Shown here piece by piece: positions 1 through 11,953 of a stretch of DNA of 64,000 nt. The notes under the pieces are model-generated. The model ran no database searches. It was not told the origin of the DNA and was given only the letters and a program-made list of their open reading frames with translations. The stretch's first letter is position 1, and every line of letters starts with the position of its first letter. The DNA comes from Takakia lepidozioides. Its lineage: Eukaryota > Plantae > Bryophyta. The DNA lies in NCBI GenBank assembly GCA_030704615.1, contig CM060733.1, positions 48,484,001-48,548,000 of the forward strand. Direction: 5' to 3'. Both the position numbers and the translations under genes were made by a program.

Positions 1-511
1 CTCTAAGTGTGAAAAATATGCTCTGCTCATAGCAACCCTAAAGTAAAGAACGTCCTTCTGAACGCATGACCAAATAGTGACATCAAATTTGTCATCAACA
101 ACTTCAAAAGTTCGATTACACCTGGATGATGAATTATAAACGGTGTATCCGGCACTTGAAATTTTAGGCGTCGTCTTGGATATTTAGCTCTCAACATCTC
201 CAATCACTTGGTGGAGGTTTGAAGCACAAAAGACCGTTGACGGTTAATATGATAAGCATTTGTTTCTTCTGGCCCGAGAGGATTTGGGGACTTCATGCTC
301 TTCGTGGCGGTCATCGAGATACGAATACGAAATATCGTTAGTACTGATATAAGAACAAAACAAAATATGGAATTTATAAAGCTTCTTTCAAACCTTGCGT
401 TGAAGTGCATCCGGACATGACATGTGCAACACCGAAGAGAATAAAACTCACATTCTTCAACAAAATATAAAAAGATAATTGGAAAGAAGAATAATGTAGA
501 TTGAGTAAATA

Positions 512-1899
512 CAATCTTTGACCCCCCTGAAATGTACATAGCAAAGTGGAAGGGGACAGGGGTTGGAGGGTTTGGCTGGAGACATAATGTCTCAGTTTGA
601 TATGGATCGAAAACGAATAATACAGGAGCAATTGGGCCTTTCTTTCCCCCCTCCCCCATCTCCCTCCCCTCCTCCCCTCTCCCAGCCCCCTTTGCCAAAG
701 CCCACATCAAGGAATGACCCCAGAAAAGAAAGGGGCCCCAGTATGGAGAGAGGTTGGTCCAATGAGTTCACGTCGATCAGTGGTCCCAAGACAACTGTAA
801 CCAGCAGCGGCAGGTCTGTTCTACTTCTTTTCTTAGTGTCTTTGCTCAGAGCTGAGATTCAAGTTCACACAGTTATGGGCTTAGTTCATCATTATTTTGG
901 CTTCATCAGAGTCTCACTTCTCTAGTCTTATGGGTTTTCTGTATGCTCTTTCTAGGACTGCAAGGAAGGGATTTGTTCATTGAAATCCCATTTTGATGAG
1001 CAACGCCTTCTCATCATCTTGCCTGTAGATCCCAGCAATGCCCAAAAGGAGAGCGCACTGTGGATTGTTGGGGAAATGTGATTCCATGACCCTGCACAAC
1101 GGGCTCTGATGCAAGAGGTTGGCCAGGACCTAGATAAATACCAGGATGAAATCATTGAGGCCGAGAGGTTGTTGTCACAAGGTGTGGAAGGAGAGACGGA
1201 GTATGCACGCCTACACTACGAAAAGATCAAAAAAAAGATATGGCAAAGTGAGACGTTTGGACAAAAGGCCATGCTTACAAGTATGCAGAGTACAAACAAA
1301 CCAAGCAAGATGAGCTATGGTGGCCAGATCTACCATATATCTTGGCAAATCTTGTGGAAGGATGCAACAAAAGTGTCAAATGAGAACCACACTCAAACTC
1401 TCTCTCCCCCTCCCTCTCTGGGCCAGAGGCAGGCTGCAGCAAGCCAAACAACTATGTCTTGGCTGTGATAAATAGGGGAGGATGGAGAGTGAGAGTGAGG
1501 AGCATTTGTTCTTTCGTTGTCCCTCTACTAGGAAATCAGGGCTCTTTTAGTGACAGCCATTCCTTGAGAGAAATGAAGATCACATGTGCTGTGTGTACAA
1601 AACACCCACACAATTAGGAAATCATTTGAGGTTGACTTGTAGCTCTATGGTTATGGCTGCTGGTTGTTAGGGGTCTACTATTTTGTTCTATTGTCTTTAC
1701 TTTTCTTTGTCCCAAAAGCTCTTTGAGCTTCCTGTGGAGTTATCTTTGTTTCTCTTCATATCTCTGGTCACTGGCAATCGTGTACATCACCTCTGTACTA
1801 CCCATGGGACTCAAGATCAGGCTGTAGATTCAGCTCTCAATGTCAGCCTTAGCTCAAACCCAAAAACCCCAGTACTGGATTACCATGTCCTTCCTGTGT
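512..1899 (+). pseudogene. Inverted EMB1703-like pseudo-exons (two exons plus introns)
   Basis: ORFs 563..925 (EGLAGDIMSQFDMDRKRIIQEQLG) and 1109..1468 (QDEIIEAERLLSQGVEGE) match the functional exons at 28482-28797 and 27854-28199. They carry frameshifts and a ~90-bp internal deletion near 1085. Confidence 0.85.
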
Positions 1900-2413
1900 G
1901 TGTTGTGCGGGTACCCGCTTAGGCGGGTTGGAACCGGCGGTTCCGGTTCCGGTTCCTGGGAACCGGTACTGGAACCGGGGGAGCAGGGACGAACCGGAAC
2001 CGGCGGGTTCGGGTTTTTCCAGGAACTGGCTTGGAACTGGAACCAGGGGGTCAGTGGCGGTTCCGGATTTGGTTCCCGCACTAGGGTTTTTTTTTTTTCT
2101 CCCACGATCTGTCGTCTCTCACGCGCGATCTGCTGCAGTAGCGCGACTTCAGCGCGAGGGAGGGTTTGGTTTTCCTGCTTTTGTGGTCTCGCAGTTTGTG
2201 AGATGTTTGTCCATTTCCAGTTGTGACACTTCTCGCGGTGTCATCAGTGTTGTTTGTGTAGGGATACATTACAAAAGGGTTGGCTGCTTCCGGGGTTGAA
2301 TGTTGGACTAGGTGTTATGGAGGAAGGCATGGAGCATTTGTAGAAGGGAGGAAGAATGAGAGTGAGGAAGAAGATGTAGGACGTAGGTCTGCAGGGTGTT
2401 GGATTGTGAAAGA

Positions 2414-2596
2414 ATGGCATCAGCTGGCACTATGCTGGAAGATGTGGCAAACACTAGGATTCCAACCAGAGACGGTAGGGAGATTCTGGCTTTCGTCGCA
2501 AGGTCAGAGGCGGTGAAAGAGCAAACTATGCCAGTGGTTCTTTTAATCCATGAGTTCTATGGCCTAACTTCAGAGATATGCGGATATGTTTCTGGA

Positions 2597-2632
<36 letters not shown>

Positions 2633-3776
2633 GCCTAAAGCCTGGCCCTGTTGGGGTCTAACTGCTGGGCAGATCACACACAGCAGATTGATGCTTGTAT
2701 GAAGAGCTTTGTAGAGGAACTCTGGAGAGCCCGTATCAATTGTTTATATCCAGGTAAGTCCCGGTACTCTAGTGAGGCCCTCACAAAGGTAGTGTATGTT
2801 CCCTCTTGTTTGGCCAAACAGGGCGTTGGGTCTATGGCTACATGGCTACGACAAACAAAGTCTGAAGTATTCTCACCCTGTCAGCAATACTCGAATTTGA
2901 GAAGTAAAGCTGATACTCAGAACAGACGAATCGCAATTGAAACTGAGAGTGTGATCGCACTGGGAAAGTTTGGATCCTTGGCCAAAAGGCTATTGTATCC
3001 CTGAAATGAATAAAAAGTCTGTGATCTGTAAAGCCAAGAAGTAGCTCGAAACGGTTTGCAGAATCACATTCCAGTTTTCTTTCGTAGTGAGAAATTAGAG
3101 AGCTTAAGATGATTAAGGTGAAGTAATCTCAACCTAAGGATGGAAATCAGAGCTTTTCCTCCACTCAAAAACATCATAGCTTTGGGAAGACGTTGGAGGG
3201 AGTTGAAGAACTCCCATTGTCACTGAAATGTACTGTCGGGCAGGGGTATCTCTCTATTATTATGCTGCATAGAAGCTGCCTTGAAGACCCTCCCTTCGAT
3301 ATGAAGGAGGTTGTGAAGGTGATGCAGAAGGTCTTTGGTCTCATCAACAACTTACCCCTAGGTTTAGATGTGTGCTAGAATACATTGTTTAGGAACACAA
3401 TCTGTTGGTATAACAGTTGAAACTCCTCAACAATGGTTACCACCTCCCTCTTCTCATTCTCCTCCCTTCCCCCTTTTGCATATTTTCTCTTGCCTTTGTA
3501 TTTCAGTAAACTCTGTTGCTTGATCTATGGTTGTAAATTGGCCAATATAACGTGTATTTCTTGTTTTATGATCATCCATCACTCATGTAGATCGTGAAAT
3601 GTGGGTGTGTAATCCAGATCTGTTGTTTGTAATGTGTGGGCGATCGATCATGGTGTTTGTTGGTGCAACTTGTGCAGGTTGGTATTGTAGGCTTTTGTTA
3701 TGGGGGTGGCAAGGCCTTGACATTTAGCATCAACTATAAGAGAGCAAAGGCAACATTGATAATATATGGAAAGCCT
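2414..3776 (+). pseudogene. Captured dienelactone hydrolase (carboxymethylenebutenolidase)-like exons inside the hAT
   Basis: Exon 2414-~2583 reads ...PVVLLIHEFYGLTSEI. Exon 3678-3776 (cag|...|gtgagt) reads VGIVGFCYGGGKAL, containing the G-x-C-x-G nucleophile motif. Middle and C-terminal exons were not found. Confidence 0.75.
2636..2860 (+). mobile_element. 3'-end fragment of the local LINE family
   Basis: LGSNCWADHTQQIDACMKSFVEELW matches the LINE C-termini at 10012-10212 and 29553-30029. Preceded by (CT)n. Confidence 0.75.
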
Positions 3777-3979
3777 GTGAGTATTGGTCTTCCCTTCCCC
3801 GGGGTTTCTTTATTTCATGTGAAGCCAAGGGCTGATGCAGCAGTCTCTTCCATGTTTTGGAGGCTACATTGAGTAGACTTGCACTGGTGTGGCATGTACA
3901 TGTCTAGCTGTTCAATTGAAACTAAATTGCACAGTACCAACCTTTACACCTGTCAGGCATGTAATCAGAAATCTGCCTG

Positions 3980-4404
3980 GGTAGATGCTCAACTGGAAAC
4001 AGCAGCGGCAACAACGCAATTGACACCACAAGGCATGGCTAATGAAGGTACCTTCTTCAACACATTTCAGCCTGATGGGACCATTTTCTTTGACCTGTTT
4101 CAGTGTGTTTTGCCCTCTCATCAGGCTCAGCCATGAATTTGCATATCGAATTCTGTAAGTTGGCTCGTTGGGTGGATATGTGGTGGTTTGGAGTGACTTT
4201 GCAAGTTACTGCCAATGTGGCAGCCTGAAAGACGTACCCAAAAAACTGATAACAGAGATAAAGAGAAGCTTTGGAATGAACACTTTTCTGACCCTTGTCA
4301 ATGGTGGGACAATGTGGGTAGATGGTCAACTGGAACAGCAGCGGTAGCAGCGCAATTTGAACAAGGCACTGCTAATGAAGGTACCTTCTTCAACACATTT
4401 CAGC
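3980..4404 (+). repeat. ~90-bp direct repeats (3980-4072 and 4317-4404) bracketing an OSB/PDF-motif-like fragment
   Basis: Both copies share gtagatg..caactgg..cagcagcgg..gctaatgaaggtaccttcttcaacacatttcagcct. The intervening peptide KEKLWNEHFSDPCQWWDN resembles the start of the plant organellar ssDNA-binding (OSB) PDF motif. Confidence 0.6.
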
Positions 4405-5691
4405 CTTCTTCTTGACAGACTAATGAGGCTCCGCTTAGATGTTTGTACATTGAGTGCAACTTGGCGCGCACCTGAGTGCAGTTACAATGTTCAACTTTGC
4501 CCCACATCTAGGGCAGCGAAAAATAAGTACGATCAGACTGGTGTGGAGGAAAAGTTGTTGGGCATTCTGTCAAGCTTTTTAAAGCTCTAATTGGTTTGCA
4601 GATTGCAGTTTGCAGGTCCCTGATGATACTGGGTTGAGGAAGACGGTCAAGATATGCTTTGTTTGTGCAATTTAGATCCAGTGTTTGATTTCTCTTTGTC
4701 ATTTCAATGAGAGTTTTGCAGCATCTCTTTGTTTCATACATTTTGCAGACATGTAGACTTGTAGGGCAGACAACTGACTTTGGATATTCGTTGGTAAATA
4801 GCCTGCTTGTAGTCTGGACAGAGCAGGAGGGTGGAGAATGAGCAGCAGTTTATAATGGTCAAGGAATTGGTCTCTGAAACCAAGTCCCCGAAACGCCCGT
4901 CCTCGGGAACACCCATGTAATATTCAAAAGACCCGAGAGGGGCAGAGCAGATGTAGGGATGAAGTGGATCTCTGGCACTGAGATGGAATTCCAACATCAG
5001 CGCGGGAAGGGGAGCAGCGCCTCAGCCCATGGGGGAGGCCGAACCAGTGCAGGAGGGGGAGATACCAGCGTAGGCAGCATGGTTTTTTTTTTTTTTTTTT
5101 TTCCCCCCCCCCGCATTGTATCGTCTCTCACCTCCTCCTACTGCAGCAGTGCGAGCATCAACGCGGGGGAGGGAGCACCACACCAGCGTCGGGGGAGCAG
5201 CCGGGTACGAGTACGGGGGAGAGAGCAGCGCAGTCAGCACAACCTCTGTGGAGGTTTTTTTTTTTTTTTTTTTTTTTTTTGTCCTCTCATGGCAAAATTG
5301 TGCAACCGAGAAGCTTCTGCTAGGGCCTGTAGCCCCTCCCTCTCTCTCTCTTTTTCATTTCTTACTATAGCCAGTGCCTTGTGTTAGCATTAGGAGATCT
5401 GAAAATGGTCAATGTACATGCTCTCTTGGCTGGTCTACTGTTGCCAATGGCTTATGATAGCATTAGGAAATCTGAAAGAGGTCTACCTAGTGTGTATTTG
5501 ATTGCCACTCATGACACCTGAAAACTGAATTTCCACATTTGAGGATCTGTCATGGTGTCTAAAGGGGCTGAATGACTGAAATGACATATTTTACATTTAT
5601 ATATATGTGTTCTACTTTGAATGTATGAGTGCTTATGCCACCCAAGAGCTTGGATTGGGAATAATTTGATTCAGGGAGTGTATCCAGCCAT

Positions 5692-8026
5692 TTGCATCGT
5701 ATAGAGCCCAATATCTTTGAAGAACTGGAGAGAGGTGTTGTTCATGACACCAATGTCAACAATGCGGGAGCTATGGAAGCTTGCCCTACGCTATGTGCAT
5801 CGTCTTCTTCATCAATTCCTCTCACTTCAGCGGTCGGTGGGTCTTCCACAATATCACAATATTCAAGCAGCTCAATGTACGAGGAAGATAAGTTTTCCAT
5901 CCTAAGCAAACAACGTGATTTTTGGAAACCTTACAATCGCATTGCTTTATCATGGGCATTTTATGTTGTTGTCAACGCGGGTCCAGTAGATGCAATACAC
6001 TCGCAGTATATGAGGTGTGTGTTTTGTCATCATGCTCTTGTGTTTGAAAAGATGCCAGGATGTATGACTTACAACAAAGACCATGAAAACTCTATTCTTC
6101 ACAAGCATGTGAATCAGAAACATGGGGCTTTGGTTAGTAAGTGGATTGAAATGGAAAAAAATGGGCCGGATGCTCGTAGACTTGCGAAGAAGAGGCTTGG
6201 CCCTACCCCAGGGAACATATCTTCTTTCTTTGGCAGTCGAACTCCATACAAGAAAGATGATGAACAACAGAAAATGTTCAACGAGGATTTGGTCCTGTTC
6301 ATTGCAAAAGAGTTGTTGCCATTGTCTTTGGTCGAATCTCCATGGCTACGAAGGGTAGTGGGGAGACAAAATGATCGTCTAGTTTTCCCCTCTCGACGCA
6401 CACTTGTGAATGAGACGCTTCCATCACTGGTAGCAAAAACACAAGACTTGTACATGTCCCCATTGATATCTAGTTGTGTAACTTGTACTATCAGTTTTGA
6501 TTTGTGGATGTCAAGAGGAGGAACAGATATTTTTGTCATCATAGCGCACTTTCTTAATGAGCAATGGGAACCATGCCATGTGACATTGGGAATGTTTGAG
6601 GCACCTGATACATCGGGGGCAGCCATGGCACGACAAGTGAATGACCTTTTGACAAAATATGGTTTGAATTCGCACATCATAGCTTATGTCAAAGATGACG
6701 GAGGTAATTTGGGTACTTTGACTGCAGCTTTGAATGCAGTCGTGTCTTGTGCCCCATTGGGACTGTCTGCACCATTTGTGGGAAGTTGCTTTGGACATGC
6801 AATGTCCAAGTGTTGTCAGTATGCCACGACTTATGCAAATGTGTGCATGGATATGACGGTTGTGTCTATAAATGATGCTCAATCAGAGTTGCAGAAGACC
6901 ATCACTTGGACCAAGAAGAGTGGAAAAGGAAAGCAAGAATGGAATGCAGCATGTGTTAATAGTGATATTCATCCTCGCAAGCTGAAGACTCCAGTGAAAA
7001 CCAGGTTTGCTTCCAAAGTGATCATCTTTCAAGAAACTTTGGAATTTCGGCAAGCCACCATTACTTGTTATTCTAGGCAGGCTTCACTATCTTTGCAATC
7101 TCGCATACCAAGCCCACAAGTGTGGGCAATTGAAAAGTCTATTTCCACGGTTCTTGGACCTGTGGTTCATGAGTGTGTTATGAACCAGTCAGGCGGATAC
7201 TGGCTGTTGTCTGATGCTCTTGCTGCAGCAATTATAACTTGTGTACGCATGTGAGCAGAGAGTGTTCGAAGGTTAGGTACAGTGGATTATTGCATTGGCG
7301 ATTTTGATGCAGAGTTGCAATTGTTAGAAATGGCGGATGGCTCAGGAGGTGGTCCATGTATTGGGGCCATTTCTCTCATTTTTTGAAGGAGTTCAACCAT
7401 TGAAAGCCCACAATATGTTGGCGCTGATGCTTGATCCCCGTTTCAAGGGATTGTCTTTGGTGACACAATATGTGGCAGAGAACAAGGATATATCATTGTT
7501 CGGCAATATGACACCTTGGTGTTGGAGCCTCTTTTGGTCAAATGTTTCAAGATCCTTCACCCGGATACTACGACCCAACCGGAGCCAGATTCCACTCAGG
7601 ATGACATGTCATTGTTTGGTTCGGAGGAGCCATGTGAGGATATGACATTGATGGTGGTAAGAGATCAGCTTGCGCATTTCCGAAGGCAAAAAAGTCACTG
7701 ACACTGAGTGCAATGCTCCTTTGAAATGGTGGAAAGAGCACGAATATGTATTTCCATATGTGGGGTATTTGACACATCTCTTGTTGGGCATTGTTGGGTC
7801 TCAGATTGAATGTGAGAGGGTTTTTAGCATTGCAAGTGTTATTACAAACTTGCGACGTTGCAAATTAGGTGTTCAAAACCTTGATATGCTTGTGAGCATT
7901 GTCAAGAATTGGCCGAATGATCCTCGTATTGGTTGCATGAGCTCTTCCATGAACGAATTTTTGAACAGTGAGGAAGTTTACAACGAGGAGTTGATTGCAG
8001 AGGCCAAATTGTTTGAGATAGAATGA
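5692..8026 (+). pseudogene. hAT transposase, disrupted
   Basis: BED-finger-like W..CVFC..HKHVNQKH, catalytic FDLW and KDDGGN, CFGH (CxxH), KTRF, LDPRFK, and C-terminal dimerisation motif PLKWWKEH...SQIECERVFS. Premature TGA at 7252 and frameshifts across ORFs 7337, 7516 and 7670. Confidence 0.93.
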
Positions 8027-9892
8027 TTTCTTTGTGTACTCTATAGTACACTACTCTACACACATTGATTTACACTTGGTTACTTTGTACTATTATTATT
8101 TCATAAATTTGTTTATGAATGTTGTGTTGTTTCTTTTCAACATGGTCAAAATATTTGATATAACTAATGGGGATTCACAAATCATTTTCAGATTTATAAA
8201 AAAATGATAAATAAATAAATATATATATATATTCAAAAAATACAGAACCGGAACCGGAAACTGGAACCGGCGGATCCTTCCCAAAAAATACCCGGAACCA
8301 CCCGGAACCACCCGGAACCGGCATCTGCTCATGAATTTTGGAACCGGAACCGGAACCGCCTCTTTAAATCTATCAAAGAACCGGAACCGACGGTTCCTTC
8401 AATATGGCAAGAACCGCACAACACTGGTAAATACCCTTTCAGGCCGATGGCTTAAAGATAAAACTGTCTTTCTGGATCTTATGAATAAGGAGGACGGACC
8501 AGCTTCCGGACCTCCATCACTAGCGAAGCACTTCAACTCCGATCTTCTTGAAATGTTATGTCCCTCATCTTGAGTACACATTTTAGCACTTGAATTCAAT
8601 GACTTTGATCTCGTTGACAAACCGAATCCGAGAATCTTAGAGAAACTCCGTTAGAGAATTTTGTTGTAGGGCGAGTCACTATGCATGGTACTTTCTCAAA
8701 AATTTGAGAGAATATTGTGATAAAAGAGCTGTCCCAATGTGGATCTGATGTGATCGCTCTTGAGACCACGGAATAGGCAGACGGTTGCTTGGACATACTT
8801 GGCTCAACTGAAACTTGCACAACATCTTGTGTCAAAAGTCAACTTTTACAACGTTCCAATCTTTAGCCAAAAACACAAAGAACAATTACATAGAATCACC
8901 TTGTATATGACACAACAGTTACCGTCGATACCCGTACTCACGGCATGGAGGAATCTATAAAGTGGCATTGCCTCACCATGAGATATGGATTCATGCCACA
9001 TTTTGGACTCTTCGTGATTTGTAATTCAACTAATGCATCTCTACCAGACGAACATGATCTGGGTTGAATACTCCCCGTTACAAGTCGTCTTTGTGTGCAG
9101 TGATCCATTTTTTCCTGCCCCAGTATCTGGATTAAAAAAAAAAACAAATAGAGGAAGAAAAACTGTAGCACACAAAGGATAATTACCTCAGGATTAAAAG
9201 GGACAGCCTGAAGACCATCCACAGGCATTTTGTCAGGCTGGGATCGCAGAAGAGAACAGAAGTTGACAGCCTCCTTTCAGTCCTGGAAAGCCACTGTATG
9301 GAATTTTGTCTCCATTTTTCCTCAATGATCCCTCCAAAGTCTGGAGTCATATCCAATGGAGCCCATCTTCTACCTCTCCTTTTACTGTCGTGTGCAACCC
9401 AATACACTACATCCACCCAAAATTCAGCCTTGTTAATTGACCATTGCTATAAAGCTACCTGCGTAGCAAAAGACCAACACCATGATCGTGGAAAGAATGT
9501 ACTGTATGACCTTTTATGCTGCACGTGGCTTTGATGTACTCTCAATTGTGTCGTGCTTGTGGGATAGTCACTATCTTGGAGCCAATTGTGGGGGTTTAAA
9601 GCCACCAGGCCAAGACATTGTCCCCATGGTGCAGATGCCATCTGTCAATATCACAGTGGTGATGGATTAGAATGCCTACTCTTGAAATCTCTAAAACTGT
9701 GATTCAGTCCTGAAATTCTCTAACTGTCAAGGTTGGAAACAATGAACACACCTGCTTTCCGGAGGGATAAGAACCTGTTGGTACAGTGAATATCAATGGG
9801 TAACACAACAGTTTGGTGACCCATATTACCATGAAACTGGCCGTCCAGTAAAACTGTTTCCAAACAGGGTCAAAATTTTGCATCCCAGCAAA

Positions 9893-11042
9893 TAGAATGT
9901 ACTCATAAGACGTTTGCCGTAGCCTTGTGGCCACTGACCCTGCGCCCAGTTTGAGTGGAACACGAAGGGACAAAACCTACCTTTGTCAGGAGCTGACGCT
10001 GGTAGTAAGACTTACCTTGGAATAAACAATTGATCCGGACTTTTCCAGATATCCTCTAGAAATCCCTTCACACAAGCATCAATCTGCTGTGTGTGGTTTG
10101 CCCAATAACTAGGCCCCAAAAGGGCCTGGGCTTTTGGCTCAGCCTCGAGACTTTCAAAGTTGGTAAACAGAGGTACAGGCACAATTTCCCTCCATAGATT
10201 TGAGGAGAGCATCTCTCTGGTGAGAGAACCCCGGACAGTGAATCAGAAAATGAATATTGTCTTCAGGTTGCCCGCACAACGGGCAATTGCACTCTCCCTT
10301 TCCTCTCTGCTTCTGTTTGCTGTTCAAAGGTAGGCTTCCCGCCCTGAGTTTAAATTTCAGTCTAGTGCCGAGAGTGAGTAGACCCTTGAGGTCATCCATG
10401 ATGTCATTTCCCATGTCACAGACTGGAAACAAGTTCAGGGAAGTTTTCTGCCTAATTTCATTTTCATCAGACAATTTCCTGGCAACAGACATGGCTTTGG
10501 ACACTACACCCTTCAAGTCAGAATTATCCAGCAGGGTCAAGACATGTGGATTGAGGTTCAGACCCTTGAGAATCTCATCTACTCTCTTCTGCCAGGACTT
10601 GGCCTGTTTGACAAGGAGATCCTGTTTCCAAGATACAGAGTCAACTAACTTAGGATATCGGATGTTGGACATATGTTGCAGCTGACCCCACCATCTGACC
10701 TTGAATTCATCTCGTCGGGAGCTTAAGGAAGGGATGCCAAACTCACCCCGAACAGCCACATTGGCTGTTTTGGAGCATGCGGACATGCACTCCTTAAGCA
10801 CCCCACTTGAATGGATTCTAGAGACTTAGCCTGGTTGGAGTTATCAACCGATATTGCAGATGCGTACTCCAAGGCAGGTCTAATAACGCGACAAAGCATG
10901 GTTTTCTTGACCTCAGAGTTGATCCCTCTGCAGTGGAAAAATTTAGTGAGACCCAGCGCTTTGCGCTTGCCAGTTTGAACAACTTTCTGAATATGTGCAT
11001 CCCAATTACAGTTGGAGGAAAACTCAATGCCCAGGTATGTGT
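9893..11042 (-). mobile_element. 5'-truncated LINE (RT thumb plus CCHC C-terminus), decayed
   Basis: TYLGIEF...IRPALEYA...VRGEFG...CPLCGQPEDNIHFLIHC. Inserted at a site that is empty in the paralogous intron (29047). TSD-like ATCCCAGCA at 9882 and 11043. Confidence 0.85.
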
Positions 11043-11953
11043 ATCCCAGCAGATACACTAACCATGTAACCCTCCATAAGAAAACCTGGCTTCCAAGAAA
11101 CCAACAGACATAGAACAACAGACAGTGTGCAGCCTACCGCGCCCATAGTCAAGATTCTCCATCCGCTCTTGGATCCATGTTTTCACCAGCTCCCCCTCCC
11201 TCTCAAACTTACGCTCCAGACCCTTGAAAAAAGGAATTTCTTCCTCAGAATTCAGGCCACCGAAGCTCTCTCGGCCTGCCTCCTCATTGTCACGCACTTT
11301 GAACACTATAGCTCGCAACACCTCATCTCGCATCCACTCCTTTTCTTCCTGCTCCTCATTTATCAGCCTCCCTTGCTTCACTTCTGAGTTATTCCCTTGA
11401 GGGCCTTCCGCTTGTCTATGTTCAAAGTCCTTCTTTTCATCGCTCTCAGAGGCCTCCATTCGAGTTATCCCTTTGTCTCCCCAGAACTAAGGGCCTCTGC
11501 ATAGGAGTTACTTGAAATCAAAGGATGAATCCAATACATGCACATTTATGGGGGCTACAGCAGTCATCTATCCAGACAGACAAGATTAGCTAGCCTACTG
11601 GCAGTGAGCAACATTGATCTGATGATCTGTCACTACCTGCAGACTAACAGAGAGGTGAATGGCTTGTGTTGAGGAGGCAACTCAGAATTGAGTAACTCCC
11701 GTGGATGAGAACAGAGACCTGACTCTAGAGTCTACCACATCTGACTCCGTAACAGAAAAGTGTGTACTAAAGTCCACAAGCTAACAATTTCCACCACCAG
11801 ACATGTCATTGAAGAAGATCAACCCACTTGAACACAGGAATAACTTCGTAACAAGTAGTTACTTTCTAGTCTTTGTGAAGCACCCGACACAAAATCAGCT
11901 TTGTCAACCCAAGATGTAACTAGAGCTTGTTGACGATGGCTTCCAGATTGGAG

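Larger units (their letters stand above)
1900..8426 (+). mobile_element. hAT DNA transposon carrying captured host fragments (Pack-hAT)
   Basis: Left TIR (ca)GTGTTGTGCGG at 1900; right TIR CCGCACAACACTG ending at 8426. Dense GGAACC/GGTTCC subterminal repeats at both ends. 8-bp GTAAATAC at 8427-8434 and at 505-512. Internal transposase. Confidence 0.92.
44..11623. repeat. Rearranged segmental duplicate of 24590-29625 (3' half of the EMB1703-like locus plus downstream DNA)
   Basis: By-eye alignment: 44-512 ~ 24590-25054; 512-1899 ~ reverse complement of ~27302-28788; 8427-9135 ~ 25047-25735; 9140-9632 ~ 26810-27291; 9633-9892 ~ 28789-29047; 11059-11623 ~ 29048-29625. The copies are clearly diverged, so they are not a collapsed or duplicated assembly. 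Confidence 0.9.

Noticed and set aside
1840-2299. ORFs with EPEP/GSGSG repeats (also 8096-8573 and 36342-36938)
   Set aside because: Spurious translations of hAT GGAACC subterminal repeats and poly-T tracts.
3193-3378. Possible kinase C-terminal fragment (PPFDMKEVVKVM) in the hAT cargo
   Set aside because: Similarity is too short to call without a search.
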